Shown: positions 9,129 to 18,650 of the stretch, piece after piece
How the letters are laid out: each line of letters opens with the position of its first letter
How positions within the stretch are numbered: position 1 is the stretch's first letter
Position numbers and translations under genes: made by a program
Assembly: GCA_964577555.1 (NCBI GenBank)
Contig: CAZNZM010000001.1
Span: 30,001-62,000, forward strand
Source of the DNA: an uncultured archaeon
GTDB lineage: Archaea; Iainarchaeota; Iainarchaeia; Iainarchaeales; Iainarchaeaceae
DNA length: 32,000 nt
Reading direction: 5' to 3'
The notes under the pieces: model-generated
The model's input: only the letters and a program-made list of their open reading frames with translations
Database searches by the model: none
Told to the model about the DNA's origin: nothing

Positions 9129-9149
9129 CTAACTTTTATAACAAGTTAG
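9129..9149. promoter_or_regulatory. Inverted repeat around a TATA-like element upstream of dnaJ
   Basis: CTAACTT-TTATAAC-AAGTTAG, perfect 7-bp arms. TTTTATAA inside lies about 25-30 nt upstream of the dnaJ ATG (9165). Confidence 0.45.
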
Positions 9150-9164
9150 CAAAAGGGTTGTTAC

Positions 9165-10322
9165 ATGACAAAAGACTATTATGAAATTCTTGGAGTGCCG
9201 AGAAATGCCTCTGCCGAAGAAATAAGAAAAGCTTACAAAAGGCTTGCAAAAAAATACCACCCTGACATAAACAAGGAAAAAGGCGCTGAAGAAAAATTCA
9301 AGGAAATACAACACGCATATTCAATACTGAGTGATGAACAAAAACGTAGAAACTACGACCAATTTGGGGAACAATCTGAAAAGTTTTCGGGTTTCGGAGG
9401 GTTCAGCGCAGGAGGCTTTGAAAGCAATGAATTCAACTTTGAGGATATTTTTGAATCAATGGGCTTTGGCTCTGGATTTGCTGATTTTTTCGGAGAAAAT
9501 ATTTTTGGCGGAAGGCAAAGCAGAAAAAGCAGGGGAACAGACATATTAATAAGACTAAACATATCATTTGAGGAAGCCGCGTTTGGAACAAAAAAAGACA
9601 TAGAAATAGAAAGAATAGAAGAATGCGAATTATGTAAAGGGAGTGGGGCAAAACCAGGCACAAAAATTTTAACATGCAAAATATGCAACGGCACCGGTTT
9701 TGAAAGAACAGTGCGTAGAACATTTATCGGAACCATATCAACCCAAACTACTTGCAGAACATGCAAAGGAACTGGAACTTCATACGAAGAAACTTGCCAT
9801 AATTGCCATGGCGATGGAAAAGTAAATAAACGGAAAAAAATCACGGTTGAAATTCCTGCAGGTGTTGATACAGGCACAAAACTCAGAATTTCAGGCCAAG
9901 GCAATGCAGGAAGCCAAGGAATGAAAAGAGGAGACCTTATTATACTTATTTACGTTGAACCGCACGAAATATTCAAGCGCGACGAACAAGACATTTACAT
10001 GGAAGCCCCTATTTCCTTCAGCGAAGCAGCGCTTGGCGGAGAAATTGAAGTGCCAACATTAAAAGGAAAAGCAAAAATCAAGATTCCGCCTGGAACGCAA
10101 AGCGGAACAATTTTCAAAATGCATGGTAAAGGAATAAAAGTTTTAAACAGAAACGAATACGGCGACCAGTTTGTCAAAGTGATTGTTAGAACCCCAGAAA
10201 AACTTTCAAAGCGCCAAAGAGAATTGTTTGAACAGCTCGCTAAAGAAGAAGAAATTGCAAAGTCAAGAAAAGGATTTTTTGACAGATTCAAAGACATTTT
10301 CAACGAGAAAAAAGACAAATAA
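9165..10322 (+). CDS. dnaJ: Molecular chaperone DnaJ
   Basis: J domain with HPD ([35 protein letters not shown]) and four CxxCxGxG-type repeats ([32 protein letters not shown]). Confidence 0.97.
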   Translation: MTKDYYEILGVPRNASAEEIRKAYKRLAKKYHPDINKEKGAEEKFKEIQHAYSILSDEQKRRNYDQFGEQSEKFSGFGGFSAGGFESNEFNFEDIFESMGFGSGFADFFGENIFGGRQSRKSRGTDILIRLNISFEEAAFGTKKDIEIERIEECELCKGSGAKPGTKILTCKICNGTGFERTVRRTFIGTISTQTTCRTCKGTGTSYEETCHNCHGDGKVNKRKKITVEIPAGVDTGTKLRISGQGNAGSQGMKRGDLIILIYVEPHEIFKRDEQDIYMEAPISFSEAALGGEIEVPTLKGKAKIKIPPGTQSGTIFKMHGKGIKVLNRNEYGDQFVKVIVRTPEKLSKRQRELFEQLAKEEEIAKSRKGFFDRFKDIFNEKKDK

Positions 10323-10593
10323 AAGCTTGCTGAAAAAAAAGCTGCAATGGCCAAAAAAATAATCCGTTTCTATTGCCAAAAAAAAATCGACTGGTAAAAA
10401 CAAAAAAATTTCAAATATAAAAAAACAACAAAAAAATAAAACAAAAAATGACTAAAAAAATAAATGAAAAAACAAAGCGAACTAAAAGCAAACAAAAAAC
10501 CGCCAAAAAATTTTTTGCAGGTTGAAGAAGCAAAATTGTGTTTAAACAAAAAAACTAGTTTTTTAAGGCGATTAGCGTTTTAAGTAAAAATTA

Positions 10594-13062
10594 TTGTTTT
10601 TAAGCTTTTTTAATGGTGAATTATTAAAGTTAATTATGAGAAATCAAAATTTACAAGAAAGCAAAAACGAAAAAAACGAATTTCTATCCATAGAAAAAAA
10701 GTGGCAAGCTTATTGGGAAGCGAATAAAATATACAAATTTGACATAAACAAGCCAGACCCTGTTTTTGCGATTGATACGCCTCCGCCAACCGTTTCAGGC
10801 AGAATGCATTTAGGGCATGCATTTTCATATGCGCAAGCAGATTTCATTGCAAGGTATAAAAGAATGTGCGGTTTCAACGTCTTTTACCCTTTTGGCTTGG
10901 ATGATAACGGCCTTGCCACTGAAAGGCTTGTTGAAAAAAGCAGGAATATAAGAGCAAAAGATTTTACAAGAGAAAAATTCATAGAAATTTGTTTGGAAGA
11001 AACAAAAAAGTACGAAGACTTGATGATTTCGGATTTCAAAAGCCTTGGTTTGAGCGTTGATTGGGATTTGATTTACAGGACAATTGACAATTTGGCAAGA
11101 AGAATCAGCCAAAGAAGCTTTATTGAGCTTTACAAAAAAGGCAGGGTTTATAGAAAAGAGGCTCCTTCAATGTGGTGCCCTGAATGTGAAACCGCTGTTG
11201 CGCAAGCGGAACTTGAAGACATAGAACTTGACAGCACTTTTAATGATATAGTGTTCAAGCTTGAATCTGGCGAAGACTTGATAATTGCAACAACCAGACC
11301 TGAACTGCTTTCAAGTTGTGTGGCGATTTTTGTAAATCCGGAAGATGAAAGGGCAAAAAAATTGAAAGGCAGAAAAGCCAAAGTGCCTCTCTTTGATTAT
11401 TGGGTTCCAATACTAGAAGACAAAAGAGTTGATATGAAAAAAGGCACCGGAATTGTAATGTGCTGCACTTTCGGAGACCAAACTGACATGGAATGGTATT
11501 TCGCGTACAACCTTCCATTGAGAATAAGTTTTACTTTTGATGGAAAAATGACTGCTTTGGCAAAAGAATTTGCCGGCAAAAGCATTAAAGACGCTAGAAA
11601 AGAAATAATAAATTCTCTCAAAGCAAAAGGATTGTTGGTTTCACAAAAACCTATACGCCATGCAGTAAAGGTTCATGAAAGATGCAAAACAGAAATCGAA
11701 ATAATGAATACAAAGCAATGGTTCTTAAAATACCTTGACATTAAAAACGAGTTTTTAAAAATGGGAGATCAACTCAATTGGTATCCTTACCACATGAAAG
11801 TCAGGTACGAGAATTGGATTAAAGGTCTTCAATGGGATTGGAGTCTTTCAAGACAAAGATTTTTCGGAGTGCCTTTTCCAGTATGGTATTGCGCAAAATG
11901 CGGAGAAACAATAATAGCTGACGAAAGCCAATTGCCTGTTGACCCGCTACAAGACAAACCGCCTTCAAGATGCTTAAGATGCAAATCAAACGAATACGTT
12001 CCTGAAAAGGACGTCCTTGACACGTGGGCTACTTCTTCTCTTACACCACAAATAAACGCCAAGTGGAGAGAAGACCCAGAACTTTACCGAAAAATATTTC
12101 CTATGTCTTTAAGGCCTCAAGCCCATGACATAATAACCTTATGGGCTTTCAACACCATAGTGAAAGCATATTTCCATGCTGGCAAACTGCCTTGGAATGA
12201 TATAATGATTTCAGGGCACGCGCTGGACCAAAAAGGCAGAAAAATGTCCAAAAGTCTTGGAAACGTGATTAATCCTGTTGAAATGATTGAAAAATACTCG
12301 GCCGACATATTGAGATATTGGGCAGGCTCCGGAACACTTGGAGACGACCTGCCATTCCAAGAAAAGGAATTTGTCGCTGGAAAAAAATTTTTGACAAAAA
12401 TACGCAATGCAGGAAAATTTGTTTCACAAAATACAAGCGAAGCCAAACTTGAAGATTTTGAAAAAGAAAGAAAAAATCTAAGGGTTTTGGATAAATGGAT
12501 TTTAAGCAGGTTTGAAAAAGTAAAAAAAGAAGTGACAGATGCGCTTGAAGTGTACGAGTTTTCCAAAGCACTCTCTGTTTTGAGAAATTTTTTTTGGCTT
12601 GAATTTGCGGATTATTATATAGAAGAAGTAAAACACAGAGTTTATGGAGAAAATAAAAACAAATCATGCAAAATAGTGCTTGCAAAAATTTTCACGGAAT
12701 TGCTCAAAATGCTGGCTCCTTTTATTCCTCACACTGCTGAAGAAGTTTTCCAATCAAATTTCAAGGCATTTGCAAAAGAAAAATCAATTCATCTTGAACA
12801 ATGGCCAAACCACGAACCGGAATTAGTTGATTCGGAATCTGAAGCGGCTGGCGAATTGGCAAAAGAAATAATTGGCGAAATCAGAAAATACAAATCAGAA
12901 AAAAACATGGCAATGAACGCGGAAATCCATGAATTCACGCTTGAAAAAAAACCGGATGAAAAATTGTTCAAGCTAATAGAAGAAGACATAATGGCTGCAA
13001 TGAATGTCAAAAAAATAATGGTTTTAAATAAAAGTACTGAAAACAAGCCTAAACAAAATTAA
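10594..13062 (+). CDS. valS: Valyl-tRNA synthetase
   Basis: Class I HIGH-like PTVSGRMHLGHAFSYAQADF, KMSKSLGNV, DVLDTWATSSLTPQI and WYCAKCGETI Zn motif; ValRS-type signatures. Probable start is ATG 10636. Confidence 0.93.
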   Translation: MFLSFFNGELLKLIMRNQNLQESKNEKNEFLSIEKKWQAYWEANKIYKFDINKPDPVFAIDTPPPTVSGRMHLGHAFSYAQADFIARYKRMCGFNVFYPFGLDDNGLATERLVEKSRNIRAKDFTREKFIEICLEETKKYEDLMISDFKSLGLSVDWDLIYRTIDNLARRISQRSFIELYKKGRVYRKEAPSMWCPECETAVAQAELEDIELDSTFNDIVFKLESGEDLIIATTRPELLSSCVAIFVNPEDERAKKLKGRKAKVPLFDYWVPILEDKRVDMKKGTGIVMCCTFGDQTDMEWYFAYNLPLRISFTFDGKMTALAKEFAGKSIKDARKEIINSLKAKGLLVSQKPIRHAVKVHERCKTEIEIMNTKQWFLKYLDIKNEFLKMGDQLNWYPYHMKVRYENWIKGLQWDWSLSRQRFFGVPFPVWYCAKCGETIIADESQLPVDPLQDKPPSRCLRCKSNEYVPEKDVLDTWATSSLTPQINAKWREDPELYRKIFPMSLRPQAHDIITLWAFNTIVKAYFHAGKLPWNDIMISGHALDQKGRKMSKSLGNVINPVEMIEKYSADILRYWAGSGTLGDDLPFQEKEFVAGKKFLTKIRNAGKFVSQNTSEAKLEDFEKERKNLRVLDKWILSRFEKVKKEVTDALEVYEFSKALSVLRNFFWLEFADYYIEEVKHRVYGENKNKSCKIVLAKIFTELLKMLAPFIPHTAEEVFQSNFKAFAKEKSIHLEQWPNHEPELVDSESEAAGELAKEIIGEIRKYKSEKNMAMNAEIHEFTLEKKPDEKLFKLIEEDIMAAMNVKKIMVLNKSTENKPKQN

Positions 13063-13180
13063 ATAAAAAAAAGATCGCGGAAAAGCCCAAAAACAGAGCT
13101 TCATAAAAACTATTTTTGTGAAAAAAATAGAGATTGACATTATTCTAACAATTTACACAGACAATTTACAATTTATTAAT

Positions 13181-13190
13181 TTTATATATA
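13181..13190 (+). promoter_or_regulatory. Putative TATA box for the hypothetical gene at 13217
   Basis: TTTATATATA about 30 nt upstream of ATG 13217. Confidence 0.5.
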
Positions 13191-13216
13191 AATAACAATA
13201 ACATTACTAACATATT

Positions 13217-13699
13217 ATGCCTATACCAACTCCAGGACACAAACTTATAAAACCTAAACCTAACCCAAAAACAAGGCAACAAATGTTAAGAATTTTGTTT
13301 GGGGAAGTAATGGACCTTATACCTAGACGACAGACTCCATATGGAGATTACGCACATTTAAGGTGGGATCTTAATAAACTTATTTTTTTAATGAATGAAC
13401 AATTAGCAAAAAGAGGCACCAAACCGTCCGAATTATCACCAAGACAATTGGCTGACCTAGTTGGCGAAATTCTGGATGGCTTTAATCGTCTTGTTAAGCC
13501 TAGACGTAGAGTAAAAATTCTGACTATTACAGAAAATATTTTTAAGATAAGAAAAGCGATGGAAGTAATAAAGCGCAGCCGAAGAACGCCACAAGAATTG
13601 TCTGAGGAGCAGCATAAAGCATTGTCTAAATTAAAAAATGAACTGCGTGAAGAACAAAAAAAATTTCTTGATATTATTGGAAGTTGGAATAAGTCTTAA
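13217..13699 (+). CDS. Hypothetical protein (160 aa, basic, helical)
   Basis: Single ORF with a well-placed TATA-like element; no family recognised. Confidence 0.65.
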   Translation: MPIPTPGHKLIKPKPNPKTRQQMLRILFGEVMDLIPRRQTPYGDYAHLRWDLNKLIFLMNEQLAKRGTKPSELSPRQLADLVGEILDGFNRLVKPRRRVKILTITENIFKIRKAMEVIKRSRRTPQELSEEQHKALSKLKNELREEQKKFLDIIGSWNKS

Positions 13700-13814
13700 C
13701 AAGCTTTTATACTTTTATACTTTATTTGTCTGAGTGGAATTTAAATAATAAAATTCAAATGCTGCAACACAACAACCCATTCAATTTAAATTATTTCAAA
13801 ATAATAAATTATAG

Positions 13815-14345
13815 ATGAAAAAACTAGCCAATATTCCGGTTTTGATTGGAATTGTAATAATAGCGTTTTTTCTAATGAATTATTTTGGAATTTTACAATT
13901 TGGCAATTCGGCTCTTGAAAAAATAGACAAAAAATACGGGATAGGAGTTGGACGGCTTGCTCCTGCAACAGAATCGGAAATTTTGTCTTATAAAAAAGAA
14001 ATAAAATCGGTTTTTACGCTGACGTCTGAAGAAAAAGAATTGCAAAAAATAAAGCTTTTGCTTGCTGACATGCAATTGTCTCTCTTATTTTTTGCAGAAC
14101 ACAGGAAAAACTTTAACCCTATTGATGTGCCTTGTGGAACTTATACTGAATATGGCAAGGCAAAAACCGAACTTGAAAAAGCCATTAATTATGCTTCTGC
14201 AATAAAAAATAGCAGTGCAAAAATAAAGCAACAAAAAATAGGGGTTTTGGATTCAGCATATCTTGAAGACACTGTTTCCCAAGCGATTTCAGACCTTGAA
14301 AAAAGATACGAATCACTTAAAAAAATTTGCAACACAAAAGCATGA
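13815..14345 (+). CDS. Hypothetical protein with N-terminal transmembrane anchor
   Basis: MKKLANIPVLIGIVIIAFFLMNYFGILQF... then a soluble helical region; its stop lies 4 nt before the bud32 ATG. Confidence 0.65.
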   Translation: MKKLANIPVLIGIVIIAFFLMNYFGILQFGNSALEKIDKKYGIGVGRLAPATESEILSYKKEIKSVFTLTSEEKELQKIKLLLADMQLSLLFFAEHRKNFNPIDVPCGTYTEYGKAKTELEKAINYASAIKNSSAKIKQQKIGVLDSAYLEDTVSQAISDLEKRYESLKKICNTKA

Positions 14346-14349
14346 TTCT

Positions 14350-14961
14350 ATGAACGTAATAAAAGAAGGAGCAGAAGCCAAAATTTTTAAAATCGATTTT
14401 TTTGGTTTCAAAGCAGTGAATAAATTGCGAGTAAGCAAAGAGTACAGGGAAAAAACGCTTGATTGCAAAATTCTTTTGGAACGGCTTCGCACAGAATGTT
14501 CATTGATTCATAAGGCTAAAAAAGCTGGGGTTAGAACGCCTTTGATTTTTGATATAAACAAAAAAAAACTTTCAATTACAATGGAATTTATCAAAGGAAA
14601 AACAATGAAAGAAATGCTTTTGGAAAATCCGGAAAATTCTGGAATTTTTTGTGCAGAAGCTGGGAAAATTATTTCAAAACTGCATTGTTTTGGCATTATA
14701 CATGGCGATTTGACTACAAGCAATTTTATATGTTCAAGCCATGGGCTCGTTCTTTCGGATTTTGGCTTGGGTTATTTTTCAAAAAAAACGGAAGACATGG
14801 CTGCTGATTTGGTTTGCTTCAAAAAAAGTTTTATGTCAACCCATTATAATTTGGTTGAAAATTGGTTTTTGATTGAAAAAGAGTATGAAAAATTTTTTCC
14901 GATGGCAAAAGAGGTTTTTAACAGAATGAAAAATATTGAAGCAAGGGCAAGATACTACTAA
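14350..14961 (+). CDS. bud32: Stand-alone KEOPS kinase/ATPase Bud32
   Basis: MNVIKEGAEAKIFKIDFFGFKAVNKLRVSKEYR...LRTECSLIHKAKKAGVRTPLIFDI...IIHGDLTTSNFI...VLSDFGLGYFS; the track ORF starting at 14263 is over-extended. Confidence 0.93.
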   Translation: MNVIKEGAEAKIFKIDFFGFKAVNKLRVSKEYREKTLDCKILLERLRTECSLIHKAKKAGVRTPLIFDINKKKLSITMEFIKGKTMKEMLLENPENSGIFCAEAGKIISKLHCFGIIHGDLTTSNFICSSHGLVLSDFGLGYFSKKTEDMAADLVCFKKSFMSTHYNLVENWFLIEKEYEKFFPMAKEVFNRMKNIEARARYY

Positions 14962-15304
14962 AAAATATGACATTGACAGAACCAATTTAAAGAATAAAAA
15001 AACAATGGTGCAAAAACAAAAAATGTTTTTACTACTTTATTAAAAAATCCTTTTTAGAAGTGTGGCTTGAAAATCATGGCATTTTAAACAAACAAAAAAA
15101 TGCAAATTGGCTTGGTCTTTCAAGATTTCTTGAAGCTTATCCTAATTTGCGACAAAAACGCTTTTCTGCAAATTCTGGTATTTAAAATAAAAAACCAATG
15201 TTTTTAATTGTTTCTGTGGAATGCTAAATAATCCTAATATTTTTATTTCTGGCTTTTTCGCACCGTTAGGGCGGAACGGCAAAAAGAATTGGGTTGGATA
15301 TTTC

Positions 15305-15751
15305 ATGGTTAAAGAAGTGAAAGACAAGAAAAAGGAAAACAGCAAATCAAAAGGTAAAGCAGGTAATCTTGTTGAACATTCGCCTGATGAAATCATAAAA
15401 ACAATTGTAGAACTTTCCAAGTCAGGAATGACTGCAGCGGAAATAGGCATGGTATTGAGAGATAGTTATGGCGTGCCAAGTGTGAAAAAAGTTGTTGGAA
15501 AGAGAATAGAACAAATTTTGGGTGAAAAGGGGCTTTTGCCTGATATGCCGAGGGATTTGCTTAATCTTATCAGAAAGTCGGTGTTTTTGTATAGGCATAT
15601 GAAAGCAAACAAGCATGATGCTACTGCCAAAAGGGGTTATATACTTACTGTGAGTAAGATAAGAAGGCTTACCAATTATTATATCAAAGCCGGCAAATTG
15701 AACAAGGATTGGAGATATACTCCTGAAGCTGCAGAGCTTTTAGTGAAGTGA
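15305..15751 (+). CDS. rps15: 30S ribosomal protein S15 (uS15)
   Basis: Archaeal S15 core: EIGMVLRDSYGVPSVKKVVGKRIEQIL...DLLNLIRKSVFLYRHMKANKHDATAKRGYILTVSKIRRLTNYY. Start taken as ATG 15305. Confidence 0.92.
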   Translation: MVKEVKDKKKENSKSKGKAGNLVEHSPDEIIKTIVELSKSGMTAAEIGMVLRDSYGVPSVKKVVGKRIEQILGEKGLLPDMPRDLLNLIRKSVFLYRHMKANKHDATAKRGYILTVSKIRRLTNYYIKAGKLNKDWRYTPEAAELLVK

Positions 15752-15757
15752 TGTTTA

Positions 15758-16390
15758 ATGGCAAAAGAAGTAAAGGAACAGAAAAAAGAAGGAGCTGTTG
15801 CAAAGCCTCAACAGAAGACAAGAAAAAAAAGTGTGGATAAGTGGAAAAAGAAAAGTTGGTACACTATTATAGCTCCTGAAGAGTTTGAAAGAAAGGAGTT
15901 AGGAGAAACTATTTCCGAAAAGCCTGAAAATGTTGTAGGCAGAGTAGTTAATATTACTGCTGGGGAACTTGCAAACCAACCTAAAAAGAGCCATATTCAC
16001 ATAAAATTCAAGGTTGTGAATGTAACCGCAAATAAAGCGCACGCCGAGGCTGTTGGGCACATTATTAAAGACACTTATTTAAAGAGAATTATAAGGAGAA
16101 GGTCAAGCAAAATAATGATTGTTGGCAATTATGCGTCAAAAGATAAAAAGAATTTTTCTGTAAAAACGATAATTGTAACGGAAAAAAAGGCTTCTAACAG
16201 ACAAAAAGCAAGTATTTTAAAGAAAGCCAACAAGATAGTTGCAAAATTCGTGAGTAACCTTGAATCAAGAAAAGTTGTAGAAGAGCTTGTCTTTGGCAAT
16301 TTGCCGAACAAAATTTTTCCGGAAATCAAAAAAATCGTGCCTATTAAAAGAATTGAAATAGTCAATTCGGCTTTGATCAAGGCAAAGTGA
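15758..16390 (+). CDS. rps3ae: 30S ribosomal protein S3Ae (eS1)
   Basis: VDKWKKKSWYTIIAPEEFERKELGETISEKPENVVGRVVNITAGEL... and KRIEIVNSALIKAK. Confidence 0.93.
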   Translation: MAKEVKEQKKEGAVAKPQQKTRKKSVDKWKKKSWYTIIAPEEFERKELGETISEKPENVVGRVVNITAGELANQPKKSHIHIKFKVVNVTANKAHAEAVGHIIKDTYLKRIIRRRSSKIMIVGNYASKDKKNFSVKTIIVTEKKASNRQKASILKKANKIVAKFVSNLESRKVVEELVFGNLPNKIFPEIKKIVPIKRIEIVNSALIKAK

Positions 16391-16394
16391 TTCA

Positions 16395-17072
16395 ATGCTT
16401 TCATTGAACCCTGAATTTTTTTTGGTAATAGTAATAATAGCGACTTTTGCTTTTTTTGCAACAATAAAAAAACTTTTGGATGGCACTGGAATTATTTTCT
16501 CTGCCATGATCGGGCTTGCAGCATATTTCAAAGGAGGCCTCGTGGCTTTCGGGGTTCTTCTTATAATTTATGCAATTGCAGAAGCTGCAACCAGCATTGC
16601 AAAAGCGAAAGGAAAGCATCATCAACAAAGAGAAGTTGGAAATATTTTTGGAAATACAGTTCCTGCAATAGTCGGATTGTTGGCCGGTAGCCCTTTGGCT
16701 TTTTTTGGGGCTTCGGCGTCTGCCCTTTCAGACACTGTTTCTTCGGAAATTGGTTCAGCTTCAACGAAAAAACCGGTTTTAATAACCACTTTTAAGCCTG
16801 TTGATTTTGGAACTGACGGTGGAATAACTCTTATAGGGACAATTGCGGGTGTCGTTGCTTCTTTTGCAATAGCTTTTATTTATTTTATAACAGTTTCCAA
16901 TTCCTTGAAGCATTTTGGAATAATATTTGCTTCAGGTGTTTTGGGAAATATTATTGACAGCATTATTGGAGCCACATTGCAACGCAACGGCTTTTTAACC
17001 AATAATCAGGTTAATTTCATTGCGAATTCAATTGCAGGAATAATCGCGTTTATAATTCAAAGCACTATTTAG
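16395..17072 (+). CDS. DUF92 (TIGR00297-like) integral membrane protein
   Basis: KKLLDGTGIIFSAMIG, REVGNIFGNTVPAIVG, SALSDTVSSEIGSAS and DGGITLIGTIAGV motifs. Confidence 0.88.
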   Translation: MLSLNPEFFLVIVIIATFAFFATIKKLLDGTGIIFSAMIGLAAYFKGGLVAFGVLLIIYAIAEAATSIAKAKGKHHQQREVGNIFGNTVPAIVGLLAGSPLAFFGASASALSDTVSSEIGSASTKKPVLITTFKPVDFGTDGGITLIGTIAGVVASFAIAFIYFITVSNSLKHFGIIFASGVLGNIIDSIIGATLQRNGFLTNNQVNFIANSIAGIIAFIIQSTI

Positions 17073-17075
17073 CAG

Positions 17076-18065
17076 TCATTTAAATTGTATTGAATGGCTT
17101 GATTTGATTGAAGATATTATGCCTGAACCGAATGCCTTTCCTGAAGAGAAAAGCAGGTCAGCAAAGCTGAATTTCTTTTCGCCGTAATAAACAGGGTTTG
17201 GGTCTTCAAGCCCTGCAAGTTCACCCACCCTTTTAATGGAATGATTTTTCTGCACTAGTTCGTCAACGAGTTTGGCTGAAAATGCCTGTCTTCCGCTTAA
17301 TATTCTTCCGTCTGCAACCTTGTCAAAATCTATTTCATTCATTTTGCCTTTTCTGAAAGAAAGCACATCAGCCTTGAATTTTTCGTAGGTTTCGCTTAAT
17401 ATTTTTTGAATCATGGCTTTTTCCTTGTCGTCAGGGTCTTTAAATGGGCTCATGATGTCTTTGTAATTCCCTTCTTTGATTACATTGAATTTTACTCCGA
17501 TGTTTTCAAGCAGTTTTTGGAAGTTTGGAAAAATTGATATTACTCCTATGCTTCCTGTTATTGAATCCTCGTCAGCCATTATGTGGTTGGTTGCTGAAGC
17601 CACATAATAGCCTCCTGAAGCACCAATAGAGTTTATGTAAGAGTAAACAGGTTTTTTTGATTCTCTTATTTTGTAAACTATTTGTTTTGTTGCAACAACT
17701 TCCCCGCCGGGACTGTCAATATCAATGAGTATTGCCCCAATGGATGGGTCGTTGTTTGCTTTGTCTATCAAATCGCCTATTTCTTCTGCAGAAAGCCTTC
17801 CATCGTAATCATCCCTGCCACTGAATATTTCTCCATACAAAGGAATGACTGCTATATTATTGGGTTTCAAGCCCAGTTGTGGCAAACTAGAAAAGAGTAT
17901 AGAAATCAATAAAATGAAAAGTATGAAAAGCGCTGCAATGCCAACAATGCTGGCAACCAATATTTTCCAATTGAATTTTTTGTCACAGACCAAGTCTTGA
18001 TTGGCTTGTTGGATTTTGGTTTTTATTGCCATGATTATACTTCCCAAAAAAAACTTTTTAATCAA
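17076..18065 (-). CDS. sppA: Signal peptide peptidase SppA (S49 family)
   Basis: IGAILIDIDSPGGEVVATKQI, YINSIGASGGYYVASATNHIMADEDSITGSIGVI; N-terminal TM. Likely start is the internal MAIKTKIQ. Confidence 0.93.
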   Translation of the reverse strand: MIKKFFLGSIIMAIKTKIQQANQDLVCDKKFNWKILVASIVGIAALFILFILLISILFSSLPQLGLKPNNIAVIPLYGEIFSGRDDYDGRLSAEEIGDLIDKANNDPSIGAILIDIDSPGGEVVATKQIVYKIRESKKPVYSYINSIGASGGYYVASATNHIMADEDSITGSIGVISIFPNFQKLLENIGVKFNVIKEGNYKDIMSPFKDPDDKEKAMIQKILSETYEKFKADVLSFRKGKMNEIDFDKVADGRILSGRQAFSAKLVDELVQKNHSIKRVGELAGLEDPNPVYYGEKKFSFADLLFSSGKAFGSGIISSIKSSHSIQFK

Positions 18066-18140
18066 TTATTAATCAAATTATTAAATTATTGACTCATAAT
18101 AGTTTATAATACATGCCAAAGAAATTTTTAATTGAGAAAC

Positions 18141-18650
18141 ATGATTGATTTTGTCAAATTGATTTTTTATGTTGCGCCAATGTATTTTGCAAACAGCACT
18201 GCAATGCTTTTTGGAGGCAAAACCCCGATAGATTTTGGGGTAAAATTTATTGATAAAAAACCTTTGTTCGGCAAAGGAAAAACAATAAAAGGAACTTTAA
18301 TTGGAATTGTTTGCGGCTCGTTCGCTGGACTGATTATTTCAATTTTTTATAAAAACGAAATTAGCATGTTGTTCACGAATTATTTTTTGTTTTCAATATT
18401 AACGTCCATTGGAGCCATTATCGGAGACATTATCGGGAGTTTTATTAAGAGAAGGCTTGGAATTGATTCTGGAAAAGAGGCGTTTATACTTGACCAACTT
18501 GATTTTATAATTGGCGGAATTGTATTTGGTTTGGCTGTCTATTCGCCGAGCGCTTTGGAAATTGCTTTTATTTGCGTAGCTACAATTATAATACACAAAG
18601 TTTCAAATTGGATAGCATACAAAGCCAATTTAAAAAAGGTGCCATGGTGA
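18141..18650 (+). CDS. carS: CDP-archaeol synthase (CarS, DUF46 family)
   Basis: MYFANSTAMLFGGKTPIDFG..., GKGKTIKGTLIG, GDIIGSFIKRRLGIDSGKEAFILDQLDFIIGG motifs. Confidence 0.9.
   Translation: MIDFVKLIFYVAPMYFANSTAMLFGGKTPIDFGVKFIDKKPLFGKGKTIKGTLIGIVCGSFAGLIISIFYKNEISMLFTNYFLFSILTSIGAIIGDIIGSFIKRRLGIDSGKEAFILDQLDFIIGGIVFGLAVYSPSALEIAFICVATIIIHKVSNWIAYKANLKKVPW

Noticed and set aside
14263-14349. Extended N-terminus of the bud32 ORF (MKTLFPKRFQTLKKDTNH...)
   Set aside because: This overlaps the upstream gene's coding region. The conserved Bud32 sequence begins at ATG 14350, right after the upstream stop.
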